A stretch of 64,000 nt of DNA from the human T2T-CHM13v2.0 reference genome, Homo sapiens. The stretch covers positions 40,032,001 through 40,096,000 of the forward strand of contig CP068257.2 of the NCBI GenBank assembly GCA_009914755.4. Reading direction: 5' to 3'. The position numbers and the translations under genes were made by a program. How positions within the stretch are numbered: position 1 is the stretch's first letter; the number at the start of each line of letters is the position of its first letter. Under the pieces are notes generated by a model that saw nothing but the letters and a program-made list of their open reading frames with translations, was not told the DNA's origin and did not search any database. Shown piece by piece: positions 1 through 15,179 of this stretch.

Positions 1-410
1 TAAGGTGGGAGAATCACTTTAATTCAGAAGTTCCAGACCAGCCTGGGGAGCACAGTGAACTCCTGTTTCTACAAAAATAAATAAATAAATAATAAACAAA
101 ATTAGCTAGGCATGATATAACTAGCCTGTGGTCCTAGCTACTCAGGAGGCTGAGGCAGGAGGATCACTTGAGCCCAGGAGTTCAAGACCAGCCTGGGCAA
201 CAGAATGAAACCCCATTTCTACAAAAAAAAAAAAAAAAAAAAAAAAATTAGCCAGGTGTGGTGGTGCTAGGCTGTGGTCGTGGCTCCTCAGGAAGCTAAG
301 GTGGGAGTATCGCTTGAGCCTAGGAGGTCAAGGCAGCAGTAAGCAGTGACTGTGCCACTGTACTCCAGCTGGGCAACAGAAGGGAGACACTGTCAAATAT
401 ATACATATAT
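1..410 (+). mobile_element. Alu cluster (two fused/tandem Alu copies, 5' end cut by window edge)
   Basis: Alu left/right monomer motifs (ccagcctgggcaacag..., gtggctcctcaggaagctaaggtgggag...), A-rich linker 226-247. Confidence 0.85.
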
Positions 411-429
411 ACTACAATGGCTATTACTA

Positions 430-1068
430 CAAATAGCTTAGAATAACTACAGTGAGGGCCGCCGCAGAGACTGGAGCTCTCACACCCTGTGGTTAGGAAT
501 GTAAAATGGTATAGGCACTTTGGAAAACTGACAGATTCTTGGCAATTAAATACACAATACCACATGACCCCATCGTTCTACTCAGAGCTATTTATTCAAG
601 AGAAGTGAAAGCCTGTGCCCAAGTGAAGACTTTTGCATAAATGTTCATAGCAGCTTTATTTGTAATAGCCAAAACTAGAAACAACCCAAATGTCCATCAA
701 CAGGCGAGACGGATAAACACATCGTGGTATATCCGCGCATGGAAGGAGGCATATACTTTCTGTCTTGTTGTTGGGGTGGTTTCAGGACATGCCCATGTGT
801 CGACACATGTCAAATTGTACACTCTGAGTATGTATAGTTTATTATATGGCAATTATACCTCAATTACCTTGTTTAAAGCCTTAAAAATGCTTTCCAGATT
901 AGTAGTAATTGGGGTCAGGGCTCAGGTGAAGGTCAAAAGAAAACTTTTTAGAGTGATAAAAATGTTCTATTTCTTGATTGTGGTGATGGTTACACTACAG
1001 CTACCAATTGCTAAATTACAATGGGTGGATTTTATTGGATATAAATTGTAACTCAATAAAGCTGGGGA
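430..1068 (+). mobile_element. L1 (L1M-type) 3' end: ORF2 C-terminal remnant + 3'UTR
   Basis: ggttaggaatgtaaaatggtatag...ccaaatgtccatcaacag; ORF 641-1051 starts MFIAALFVIAK..NPNVHQ like L1 ORF2 C-terminus; ends ...ctcaataaagctgggg. Confidence 0.8.
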
Positions 1069-1189
1069 AAAATAAATTTGCACTGAAATATCTTTGCATA
1101 TTAGGACAAGGGCAGAATACTGTGGTAACATGTAATTTTTATTTCTAATAAAGCAGACATTGTAGTTGCAGAGAAAAAAATTAAATTTA

Positions 1190-1310
1190 AATTTAAATTT
1201 TCATTTCTCTTGGACAAATATCTAGGAGTAGAACAACGAGGTCATGCGGTAGTTGTATGTTTAATTTTCAAGAAACCCTCAAGAAACGCTTTCTCAAAAG
1301 GGAAAAATAA
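1190..1310 (-). mobile_element. L1 fragment (antisense of L1 3' region)
   Basis: ttctcttggacaaatatctaggagtagaacaacgaggtcatgcggtagttgtatgtttaattttcaagaaaccctc matches revcomp of L1 ORF2 C-terminal region. Confidence 0.55.
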
Positions 1311-1394
1311 CATGTTTACATTGAAGCAAAAAACTAATATCTTCTTTTTTGTATTGATTATCTGAATATTAAAAAACAATTACAAGCTGAATAA

Positions 1395-1709
<315 letters not shown>

Positions 1710-2789
1710 TGATACCTAGTCACATTCTTTAATCAGTTTTTTAGCCTTATTTGATTCTATCACCATTAGTGGCATTTTTTCAGAAGAATGCATTATTTTC
1801 AGAGCTATCTTATTTTAATCTCTCATAAAATTGCCTAGAAACTTCTTTAAGAAGACATTTTTGTGGCTAATGAATTTGAATTTGCCGACCAGCTAAGTGG
1901 AATCTTCTCCGTAGACCCTGAGGTTGTCAGATGAATGAGCATCTGTGGATGAGCTAACTCTGCTCAGGACAAGACAGTTTCAATTTTTTCTAATGGAAAG
2001 GTCAATATTTCACCGAGATATTGTCACAGATCCTGTGTTCTGACTTCAATCCAAAGGATCTTTCTTTCCTAAGTGTCTTTATAGGGCAAATTGGGTCAAA
2101 TAGGCTTTTTTCATGCATGATTCTTTTAAATATTTTGTCAAATTTAGGTGTTAAAAGTCATAGGCCTTTTCAATTTTACTCCATTCTGATACATACTATA
2201 CATATATCCAATTAAAATAAGAGCTCTACAAAATTTGTTCCACACATTGAGACACTCCAGGAATAAATTTTAGAATTCCAAAGTCACTCTCCTACACGGG
2301 GTAGACATCATGCATTTTACTCAGTTCCTCTCTTACTTTTGTGGTGACAAATTTAAATAGTCTTTCTGTTTGCAATCTTGTTTTTAATAATTGTAATAAT
2401 TTGCTAAAAGTTTCAAAAGTTTTTAGTTATGTATTTGTTGAATGGTTTGATTAAAGATTTCCCACTGATTTGGAACTAAATGCAAGGTAAGTCTAGAAGA
2501 CCCAATTACGCACACACAAACACACACAAATCTATTGTAAGTCATTTAGGTGGATTTATAAACTACTTTCTCTGGGGCTGTGCACTTCTAAAATCTAATG
2601 ATGGAGCAAAAAGGAAGAAAGTATATATTGTCCTGATTAAGGCCTTCTTGCCACTTCTATTAGCATTGTTGTGGCAATGTTGCATTTTAGTACATGTAAA
2701 AAATTTGTAAGTTTTAATATCGGCAACTTTCTCTTGAATTAGAGGCGTATTAAAGTTTAAGACTCACGCATAAATTATTTGTTCACTAA

Positions 2790-3112
<323 letters not shown>

Positions 3113-3299
3113 GCTCTATACTTTTTAAATTTGATAATAGCACATTTCTACATGATGCTGTACAACACCAACATTTGTATTTGTAGTATCACCATAAGAA
3201 CAATGACACCAGCAATATTGAATAGTTAACTGCAAGTTACATCTTGCATTTTTAAAAGGAGCCAATGATACATCTTCAACAGAACGAATGTTCAAAAGC

Positions 3300-3596
3300 T
3301 TTACTTTTTTTTTTTTTTTTTGATGAAGTTTCATTCTTGTTGCCCAGGCTGGAGTAAAATGGCACAATCCCTGCTCACTGCAACCTCTGCCTCCTAGGTT
3401 CAAGCGGTTCTCCTGCCTCAGTCTCCTGAGTAGCTGAGATTACAGGCATGCGCCACCACGCCAGGCTAATTTTTTGTAGAGATGGGGTTTCTCCATGTTG
3501 GTCAGGCTGGTCTCAAACTCCTGACCCCAGGTGATCTTCCCACCTCGGCCTGCCAAAGTGCTGGGATTACAGGCGTGAGCCACTGCACCTGGCCTC
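3300..3596 (-). mobile_element. Alu (arm A only)
   Basis: poly-T head, ...gttgcccaggctggagtaaaatggcacaatc...; TSD caaaagcttta. Confidence 0.9.
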
Positions 3597-4320
3597 AAAA
3601 GCTTTATTTTTATTTAATGATTTAATAAAAATTAAGTTATTCCAATTAACTGAGTGGGCTTTTCTGTTGGAAGCATCTGATAATACACATATTATATCCA
3701 CATCACTTAACGGTCTGTGAAATCCTGCTCATGGAGGTAACACATAACAGCTATCACGTCATCGAGTAAATCATAAGAAAACTCGAAGTTGACAAAGAAG
3801 GAAATTAATGAGCACTGACATTTGATCTACATGAAAAGTCCCAGAGTGACATGGCTGCAGGCGTCAGTCACTGTCTTTGGCTGCCTGAAAAGAGTTACCA
3901 GCTTTTGAGGCCAATGCTGCTGTTTCTTCTGCTTTTCATGTGCTTGGTGATGTCACTGCATTTACCGCAAATGGTAAACGTTCACAAACATTTTGCGTAA
4001 GTAGACATCATAATCAACTTTCCGGAGAAACAGAAATCCAATAACTTAATTTTATATTTTGCATGCACTTTCATTTTATTTTTTAGTTCACCATGGCCCA
4101 AAGGGTTTATGACAAGTGTAAAAATGTGTTGCCAAATGGTGAGATAAATAGAGTTATGCCATAAAATATAGATAGAACCAATCTTGAATGTAATAAGTTT
4201 CATATTTCAATATCTAGTTTTCCTTGGGTTTTGAAGTTTACCTTACAAATCAACTCATTTTATTTGTCAAGCCAGACAATTTTAATATTATTTTCAAGGA
4301 GACTCAATTCAGTTAATGTT

Positions 4321-4610
4321 TGGCCAGGTGTGGTGGTTCACGCCTGTAATTCCAGCACTTTAAGAGCCCGAGGCAGGAAGATGACATGAGTCCAGGTGTT
4401 CAAGAACAGCCTGTGCAACACAGTGAAACCCCATCTCTGAAAAAAAATAAACAAAATTAGCCAGGCGTGGTGGTACATCCTGAGGTCCCAGCTATTTGGG
4501 AGGCTGAGGTGGGAGGATTGCTTGAGCCCAGGAGGTCAAGGCAGTGGTGAGCCGTGATCACGCTACTACATTCCAGCCTGGACAACAGAGTGAGACCCTG
4601 TCTCAAAAAA
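4321..4610 (+). mobile_element. Alu
   Basis: ggccaggtgtggtggttcacgcctgtaattccagcactt...; poly-A tail; TSD ttaatgttt. Confidence 0.9.
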
Positions 4611-6069
4611 ACAAGATTAATGTTTGAACAAATGGATTTGAACTACTAAACGCCCTAAAGGTATCGATCATATTTACAAACCTAATAAATGAGGTTCCCT
4701 TAAACACGTTAAACTGCATTGCAAATTCATTACTGTCTTCTAAAATTATTGTAAATGGTTCCAAGAAGCAATAACACCTCCAGTACTAAAGTCACTCCAC
4801 TAAATCCAACAAGTAGAGTTTGAACAGGTGAATGTCCACGCCCTGGACTGTCCCAACATTGTGCAAAAGCTCAGTAAAATGCTCTTATATTTTCCACCCA
4901 AAATCACAGGCTAAAAACAATTGCTCAGTGACATGATTTAAACCCAAATCACAAGGCTAATTCAATGTGTTTTTCCTCTAATGTGCCAATTTCTCTTAAT
5001 ATTTCAGACACTTTAAATACCAAACATGCCCAGTATTTTTATTCTAGACTTAATTCTCCCCATACTGATATTTGTGGTTGACTTACTCCATCATTCTGAT
5101 GTTTAGTTCTAAGCCTTCCTCATGTTAAAAGACTCTTGCCAGCTAAGAAAAAAAAATGCTGCCTTCCCAGGCAGATGGGGGTTCCCGTCCCCTCCTGAAG
5201 TTGCTAGTAAGTGGGTACTTTTAACTTGGACACAGGTCTCTCTCTCCCTGATACACCCGCAGCTGTGTTGAGCCCTTTTTAGGGTCAAAATGGCAACCGG
5301 TGACCAGGACCCCAGACCCTCTGTATTTTCCTCATGCCCCAGTTCCACCTGGATGGAGCCTGCCCTCCCACTCCTGAGACTAAGGTGTGGCACCACACGT
5401 GAATGCACAGGGAACAGGCAGTGTCCACACAGCTCCTTCAGGAGCAGGCGCCTGTCCTCTTTTCCTTTCCTGACTTCTTCCAGCTGGAGCTGTACCCATG
5501 CCTGGGGCCACAGGACGGAGGCCACAAGCCCACCAGAGAGGGCCACAGCGCGGGTGGAGTTAGAGTGGCTTCCCTCTGGACCTCGAACATTCTGACAGCT
5601 TTGTCTGGCTGCACATTTACAACACTAAAGTTGTGTGGACTGCAAGACCAATGGGCTGGAAACCCAAAGCAAATGCATTCCAAGGGAGGGTGATGTCTCC
5701 GTGGATGTGTGAAGCTGAAGATAAGGCACAGCAGCAGGGTGGCAGGAAGAGCAGAGAAGTGTTCATGGCTCAAGATGGCCAGTGACCAGCTGGGCCCCGG
5801 GGGAGGCAGAGGGAAGCAAAGCGCAGACCCGTGTCCCGTGTCCGGAGGCAGCTGCTGCACCCAGACGTCCCTGTCCCTCCTGGGACCAAAAGTGTCTCCT
5901 AGCTGTGAGTGGGAGCTCAACATAACTCCACAAGATGAAACCTGCATTGGGGCACCAGAATGACTCATGTATGGGACTTGCCGTTATTATGTCATCTTTT
6001 ATCTAATTCAGCCAAAATCCTGACTTCTTTCCAAAAATGTCTTGGTTTTTTCAAAAGTCCCAAGTTAAG

Positions 6070-6368
6070 CCAGGCGTGGTGGCTTACGCCTGTAATCCCT
6101 ACACTTTAGGAGGCCAAGGCAGTAGGATTATTTGAGCCTAGAAGTTCAACACCAGCCTGGGCAACAAAGTGAGACCCTGTCTCTACCAAAAAAAAAAAAA
6201 AAATAGCCAGGCATGGTGGCACCTGTCTGCAGTCCCAGCTTCTTGGAAGGCTGGGGTGGGAGGATTGCATTGAGCCCAGGAGGCCGAGGCTGCAGTGAAC
6301 CATGATCACACCACTGCACTCCAGCCTGGGCAACAGAGCAAGACTTCATCAAAAAAAAAAAAAAAAAA
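6070..6368 (+). mobile_element. Alu
   Basis: ccaggcgtggtggcttacgcctgtaatccc..., A-rich linker and poly-A tail. Confidence 0.9.
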
Positions 6369-6857
6369 GTACCAAATTAAAGGACCACATTCAGAAATTG
6401 TTGAAGTAAGATGATTTCAAAATAAAATAAAACATTGTAAACAGTTGAAAACCACCAACAAATGGACACTGATTGAATCGATTAGGGTAAACCTATAAAA
6501 TAGAACATTTTGTAGACATTCAAAATGTTGCGGAAGAATGTTTAATGAGGGAAAGTGTTCATAGTATGTAAAAAAAGGCTTTATTATAGCATAATCCCAA
6601 TTCTATATAAACATTTATTTACAGTTTTTAAAAGCTAAATTTTAAACAACAAAAACAGATTCAGCATTAAAAGATGAATCATAAAATTAAAAACATATAT
6701 TAAAAACAGTTTGAGTCCAACTTCGCCTGACTGATTTCTCATGGTTCCCTCGGTGGCAGCCCCAGGCCGAGTCCGTCAGCCTAGGTTAGACTCTGGCGGG
6801 GCAGAAGGAGAGCTTTGCTTCGGTGTGCTGGGGAGCGAGCTCACTTGGCATAAGCAT

Positions 6858-7163
<306 letters not shown>

Positions 7164-7319
7164 TAAGCATTTTAAGCCTCCTGGTGATAGAACTTAGAAG
7201 ATGCTTACTAATTGCACCATCTAGCACTTAGAGGATAAAAGATATTTGATGTGGAGTCTGAAAATCTGGGTTCCAGCCCCCATTCACTGTCCACTGACCC
7301 TGAACAAGAGACAGCCTGC

Positions 7320-7478
7320 CCTGGACTTCCAGGTTGATGGAATGAGCTACGGTACTATTCCTCCCCACTCACAGGGCTACTGGGAGGGTAAAACTGGACT
7401 CGAGGTTGATGGAATGAGCTAAGGGACTGTTCCTCCGCGACTGTTCCTCCGCACTCACAGGGCTACTGGAAGGGTAAA
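7320..7478. repeat. ~68-bp tandem duplication (2 copies)
   Basis: gaggttgatggaatgagcta.gg.actattcctcc..cactcacagggctactgg.agggtaaaa occurs twice. Confidence 0.7.
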
Positions 7479-7849
7479 ATGCTCAAGGTGAGTGAAGTAG
7501 CTTGCAGGTGGCAAAGGGCATGTGAAAGTTCTTTGGGACCAGGTTTTCACATTGAGGGACATTTTGGACCTCTGTTATCTCCTCTCCTCTGTCTTCACCT
7601 GCTCTCTAAAACCTGGTTACCTCATGGAAGCCAAGCAGGAATAGCTCGAGACTGCATATAAGCTGCATTGACTGACTTAATCCTGCACCCAGCCTGGTTC
7701 CATCTTCACTTCCAGAGAGGTGGTGTCTGCTGGCTCTGTTCCACGCATCTGTGCCTCCTCCAAGGGCCAGAAGGTCACACAGGGAGCCTGGGAGAGAGGT
7801 TGTTTGTAGGGCAACACCTTTCTTTGGTTTGGTTGTTTAGTTAAACAAC

Positions 7850-8110
7850 ACACATCACCATGGTGCGGGCAAAACACAAACACGCTATTCCTCTATTCTA
7901 TTCTCGTCCATTCCCAAGGCCTACAGCCGCCCACGAGCAGCCACCAAGGCACGCACCCCCAGGCTCCCGAGCTCAGAAGGGCCTGTGCGTCCGTCAAATC
8001 TCTGCTGCGGACGTCTTGAAATCCTTAATACTTTCTGAACGAGGAGCTCCGCGTTTTCATTTCGCACTGGGCCCTGCAGAGTCTGTCCTGCCTGCCCACT
8101 CCTTCAGCCA
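7850..8110. promoter_or_regulatory. CpG-dense patch (about 15 CpG in about 250 bp); possible small CpG island
   Basis: tgcgggcaaa..acacgctattc..tctcgtcc..gccgcccacgag..gcgtccgtc..gcggacgtc..ccgcgtttt; elsewhere the window is CpG-poor. Confidence 0.2.
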
Positions 8111-9261
8111 AGGTTCCGGCACATCGCAGACTTTGTCTGGGGCTCTGCAGGGCTGAGGCTCATCAACAGGAGAGAACTTTGGAGCAGCAGAAGGAGATAG
8201 TAGAGGAACAGCCAAGCAGGTGGAGGATTAGGTCTGGGACACGGAGAGGGTGTCCCCTCTTCATCCCCAGGTTCTTCCTTCCAAATTGCAGGAAGGGACG
8301 GGTTGCACATACTTGCTGCATGCACTGCGTTGCAAAAGGCCGAGGAGAATGAGGGGGAAACTGCTCCCTGGGATTCTGAACCCCGCCCCCCCTCCCAGTG
8401 GATGGCCAGCTGTATTTCTGAAATGCAACCAGGGGTGAAAAGAGATTGTTCCATGTTTGTCCTCAAATACTTCACAGCAATGTCACATTAATTTTTTTTC
8501 CCTTCCTGAGTTCCGTCTGGTTTGCAGCCAAGGAAAGGAGGCAGAGAGGGCGTGGGCAGCCCACGGGTCCAGCGAAGCATCGCTGTGTCCGAGAGGCCCT
8601 GCCAGCTCGGGGCTCTGGGAAAGAGTATGGACATGCCCTCCCCATGGGCACCATCCCTTCCTCTGCCAGGGAGAACTTCCTCCTGGCTGCTGCTCCTGGC
8701 AATGGCTTATTTCCTCAACACAGTCATTAAAAATCACTCTTAGTAGTTCAAATTTAGAAACAGGAACTGGCATATATCTTATTAATTTCTAAAATAGTAA
8801 GTACAAAACCAAAGAGAAACGGAATTTTTACAACACTTTCTCCTTATTTCCTAACAAGCCCAAATGCAAAACACAAATTTATGAATGGCAAAGGCTTCAA
8901 ATCAAACCTGATGATCTTTGACCTAGGGCACTGCCCATAATTTGCAGATGAAACAAGAGAGGACAGATCGGAGAGGTGGAGTAACTTACCAAAGATCACA
9001 CAGCCAGGGTGAGGATCCAGTTCTTCTAGATCTTGGGCCAGGAGAAAAGGAGAGGGAGCCTGACTCAAGCTACAGTCATTGAGGTCAGAGAACCAAGGGT
9101 CACACCAGACATCACGAAGATCCAACTAGTGGCCGGAGAGAGTCACTGGGGGTGATACCCAGGCCTGTCTCCCAGCCAGCGAGGGAGTCAGGGCCTCCCA
9201 ACAGAGCTAAGCGGTGCCAAGGGACCAGGTCGAGGACAAAAGGTTTATTTGATGTGAGGCA

Positions 9262-9442
9262 TTAGCACCTACTAGCACCTTACTGTAGGGAGTTTTGTTG
9301 CATTTTTTAATTCAAAATATTTTAAAAATAATTTTATTGAGCCGTAATTCATATGCCATAGAATTCACCCAGGTAAACCGTACGATCCAATGGTGTTTAG
9401 TATAGTCACAAAGTTACACAATCATTGCCACAGTCAATTTTA
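9262..9442 (-). mobile_element. Old L1M 3' end (antisense), left part of an element split by a nested insertion
   Basis: tttattgagccgtaattcatatgccatagaattcaccc...gtttagtatagtcacaaagttacacaatcattgccacagtcaatttta = revcomp of L1M 3'UTR terminus. Confidence 0.6.
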
Positions 9443-10670
<1,228 letters not shown>

Positions 10671-11574
10671 AGGCTGCCCAGGGAAGGGGCCCTGTGAATG
10701 GAGTGCAATTCTCTGCTGCACCTGTGCTGGCCTTGCTCCAGGTCTCTAGCCGTCGGCCCTGCAACACCCTCGTTGGTCGTGCTGGAGGCCCCCCCTGACA
10801 TCTTCCTCTTCCTCAACTACCTCTAGGGACAAGGAACCTGCCAAGTCCTATGGTCCTGGCAATAGGGTTGCTTGTGCCAGAGCCTCAACCTGCCACACAT
10901 TTCCTTTCTTTGAGCTCTGCTCAAAGCTAGCAGCCTTCCACTTCGCCTGATTGGTGGGTCAGAGAGGTATTCCAAGGTGCAGCACATGCTGCCTTCAAAA
11001 TCCAAAAAGGCTGCCAAGCACTGTGCTTCCTTCTTAATGGTAGGAGGTGCAAGGTGCAATAGCTTGTACTTTACTTTGGAAGGAATGTTCTGGCAGGTCC
11101 CAAACCATTCTAAAAAATTAACCAATGCAGCTGGCCCCTGAAGCAATACAGAGTTTATCTACTCCCCTTTGGAATGCACATGTCTTGCCAAGGAATTCAG
11201 AATACAGGACTTGTCCCTTCCTGCTCCTTAGGTCTAATCAACATGGGGTTCATATAATGGGCCACTGTGGTGTTCTGCAGACTGTCCGGGTGGTCTGGGT
11301 CACCACCAGCTATATTGCAACAGAGCAGAATTAATGGAGTCCTGGGGAGAGATGGTGCATGTGTATTGTTGTCTATCTCATGTAAATAAAAACTGCCTCT
11401 GATCCTTCTCTCTGGTGGGTATTGAAGCCAGATGGTTACAAATGTCATACCAGAGGCTAGAGTGATCTCTGGCATAGACCCCACACCCAGCCCAACAGCT
11501 GTGATTGGAAGGGTCTACTGTCGCGGACATGACCCACCCAGCTTCGGCAAAGGCTGGGCTGGTGAATTGGATGG

Positions 11575-11940
11575 TGTATTAGTCCGTTTCCATGCTGCTG
11601 ATAAACACATACCCGAAACTGGGCAACTTACAAAAGAAAGAGGTTTAATGGACTTACGGTTCCACGTGGCTTGGGAGGCCTCACAATCATGGCAGAAAGC
11701 AAAGGCACTTCTTACATGGTGGCGGCAACAGAGGGAATGACAGCCAAGGGAAAGGGGTTTCCCCTTATCAAACCATCAGATCTCATGAGACTTATTCACT
11801 ACCACGAGAACAGTATAGGAGAAACCACCCCCGTGATTCGATTATCTCCCACCAGATCCCTCCCACCACATATGGGAATTAAGGGGGTAAAATTCAAGAT
11901 GAGATTTGGGCAGGGACACAGAGCCAAACCATATCAGATG
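11575..11940 (-). mobile_element. Solo ERVL-MaLR LTR (THE1/MST-like)
   Basis: gtattagtccgtttccatgctgctgataaacacatacccgaaactggg...attcaagatgagatttgggcagggacacagagccaaaccatatca = revcomp of the MaLR LTR pattern tgatatggtttggctgtgtcc...actaataca. Confidence 0.7.
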
Positions 11941-12032
11941 GGAATATGATGACAACCACCATCCCTGTGTTAAATTAAGTTTATACATTGCAAACAATGC
12001 TATTCACTGTCTCATATAAAAATGAAATGTAG

Positions 12033-12325
12033 GCCGGGCGCAATGGCTCACGCCTGTAATCCCAGCACTTTGGGACCCGAGGCAGGTGGATCAAGAGGTC
12101 AGGAGATCGAGACCATCTTGGCTAACATGGTAAAACCCCATCTCTACTAAAAATACAAAAAAATTAACCAGGTGTGGTGGCGGTTGCCTGTAGTCCCAGC
12201 TACTGGGGAGGCAGAGGCAGGAGAATGGTGTCAACCTGGGAGGCGGAGCTTGCAGTGAGCCATGATCACGTCACTGCACTCCAGCCTGGGCGACAGAGCG
12301 AGACTCAGTCTCAAATAAATAAATA

Positions 12326-12368
<43 letters not shown>
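12033..12368 (+). mobile_element. Alu with (AAAT)n-expanded tail
   Basis: ggccgggcgcaatggctcacgcctgtaatcccagcactttggga...; tail (aaat)x13 at 12316-12368; 15-bp TSD aaaaatgaaatgtag. Confidence 0.9.
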
Positions 12369-12379
12369 AAATGAAATGT

Positions 12380-13004
12380 AGCTCATTCACACTGCCAAAT
12401 CTCTCTCATATTCTCCTTAATATTTGATGATGGCATGATTCCGGTTATTACCTTGACTCATTTTGAAATGATAAATAATATACTTAACTCTCACTTCTTC
12501 TTTCCTCAGTTTTGCACAGTAGCTTGATTCTCCTCCGTGTAAGTTGATCAGCGTTTCCCTCGTGCAATTTACTTCATCTTTTCTCACCTCCAATTGCACC
12601 ATTTCTTCCCAGTTTCTTACTGTGGTAACAATACTACCACAAAATTGACCATCTTAACATTGTTAAATGTAGTGTTTAGCAATACTAAATACATTCATAA
12701 TGTCATGTAACAGTCACCCCATCTACCTCCAGAATTCCTCTTTATCTTTTAAAGCTGAAATCGTATATCATTAAATAATTGCTCCCCATTTCCTCCTCCC
12801 CTCTGCCCCTGATCATCACCATTCTACTTCCTGCCTCTATGAATTTGATACCCTAGGTACCTCAGGTAAGTGAAATCGTGCATTATTTGTTTTTCTGTTA
12901 CTGCCTTATTTCACATAGCATAATGTTCTCAAGGTTCATTCATATTGTAACAAATGTCAGAACTTCCTTTTTAAGGCTGAATAAAATTCCATTTTTAGTA
13001 TATG
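12380..13004 (-). mobile_element. L1M 3' region (antisense), truncated at a (CA)n tract
   Basis: caaaattgaccatcttaacattg...cccctgatcatcaccattctacttcctgcctctatgaatttgataccctaggtacctca...ttatttcacatagcataatgttctcaaggttcattcat. Confidence 0.6.
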
Positions 13005-13047
<43 letters not shown>

Positions 13048-13070
13048 TTAAAAAAAAAAAAAAACTTTAC
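13005..13070. repeat. (CA)24 microsatellite followed by an A14 tract
   Basis: cacacacaca... then ggattaaaaaaaaaaaaaa. Confidence 0.95.
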
Positions 13071-13554
13071 CTTCCAGAACCTGAGTTACAACCACTGGGT
13101 GGGTCAGAGGACCCAATGTACCTGCTGTGTGAGATGAGCCGAGAACTGGAAACTTCATGTATTACTTCACCTCATACACCCTCACCCTAGCAAGGAGCCG
13201 TGAAGGCGCTTTGAATCTCTAGATGTCAGAATTAATTCAGACTCTAAATCCAACAGCCCCCAAAAGATCTGGACATGCTCCTTTTCCAGTGGACTACCTG
13301 AAAAATGGCTCCAGGGCCCTCCAGGAAAGGCCTGGGGAATCGCTGCAGCTTTTCTCATGGTGGGATTACGGCATCTCATTGTGGGGACTTGGCTTCTCCA
13401 TTCCATGGGTTCCTGCTCAGGTCTGGAAACTGGCAAAGGACTGTGACTTTCTACCAGTCAAAAGATATTAAGAATGATGGCCACTCATTCTTAAAACCTT
13501 TTGATTTTAAATATTAAATAATACTCTTTTTAAAAATGTTATCTTATTTTATAA

Positions 13555-13668
13555 ATAGAGACAAGGTCTTGCTATGTTACCCAGACTGGTCTTGAACTCC
13601 TGGGCTCAAGTGATCCTTCCATCTCCCAAAATGCTGGGGTTACAGGTGTGAGCCACTGCACCTGGCCT
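13555..13668 (-). mobile_element. Partial Alu (monomer-length fragment)
   Basis: gagacaaggtcttgctatgttacccagactggtcttgaactcctgggctcaagtgatcc...ggtgtgagccactgcacctggcc. Confidence 0.7.
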
Positions 13669-14767
13669 AAATAGTATTCTTAGTATTAACTGTTGTATCA
13701 GTCATTGTTCCACCATTGAAACAGAATCCGTAGGAAATACATGTCGAGAGATTTATTGCAAGGAATCAGCGTGTGCGATGGTGGAGGCCGCCTAGGCAAG
13801 TCAGGAGGCACAGGCTGGAACTCTGGGGCACAGACCAAAGCTGGCATCCCCAAGGGAGCTTTTTCTTTAGGAAAGTCTCATCTCTATTCTTCAAGCCTCT
13901 GAACAGATCAAATGAGGCCCACACAGATTCCCCAGGACAATCTCCCTTACTTAAGGTAAACCAACGATGGACTTTCGTCACGTTCACAAAACACCTTCAC
14001 AGCAGCAACGAGACAACAGTTTGAGTGAATAACCGGGGACTCCAGCCTGGCCGAGCTGGCATGTAAACCCCCCATCACACCTGACCATCTCTCTTCTGGG
14101 AGCACTACGTTCTGCCATGCAGCTCTCCAGATTCCTGCAGGCCAGGAGTCTCTGGCTGCCTTTCTGACCTTGCTGTGCAGTACAGGGATCACACTGACCT
14201 TGCTTCTGATGGTTAAGGGTTGAATAGTCTCTGCCAGTCCAGCAGCCCATCACCCCCACTGCTGCCAGGGAGTTAGTTCTGTAACAGCATCTCCTATCAT
14301 CATCCACATTCTAGAGAGAACAGCCTCCACTCCGATTCTTGGTAGTGTTGGTGTCCGCCCACCCCATGGAGTGTCCCCTGGGCCCTTCTAAGGAACCCAG
14401 CTGACAGGTTTTCCAACATTCCCCAGTAGACGCATTCTAGCACAGCCCCTTCCCTGAGCCACTGTCTACCATGCAGGGTGCAACTATTCTTCACTTAATG
14501 TGGACTGTTGGCTTTTCCAAGCTTTTTAGGGCCATCCTAATGGTGCATTGAACTTTCCCAGGGTCCTTCTAAGGTGTCAAATCCTGTGCTACAGTGACAG
14601 CCTTCATGGCAGTAAATTTCTTATCCAGCTTTCTTTTCTGTTGTTGGGGAAGAGAAACCTTTCCTTCTACCCTTATAGGTTTAGCAAATGAGGGCCTGTG
14701 AATTAAACTGACAAAAGACAGATTAGCAAGAGAAAAGAGAGAGTATGTGGGGTGGGGGGGCACCGGT

Positions 14768-15092
<325 letters not shown>

Positions 15093-15179
15093 TTACATGT
15101 CCAGCACACACACATGCAGAGTGCTCAGTGGTGAGGAACTCAAAGGGCCCGTGCCTGCAGTGTGAACAAAATACCAAGC

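Noticed and set aside
641-1051. 136-aa ORF with a protein-like N-terminus
   Set aside because: It is the C-terminal remnant of L1 ORF2 (MFIAALF.IAK...NPNV.Q motif), truncated and degenerate, not a host gene. The same applies to ORF 61368-61550.
5100-6060. Overlapping ORFs on both strands (145-176 aa) in a GC-rich segment
   Set aside because: Mutually overlapping sense and antisense ORFs with low-complexity composition. It is most likely non-coding, possibly an unrecognised old LTR. I could not classify the segment.
10700-11570. Possible LTR-like element (contains aataaa followed by ...ctctggtgggtattgaagcc...)
   Set aside because: I could not match it to a family from memory and left it unannotated. 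It needs RepeatMasker/Dfam.
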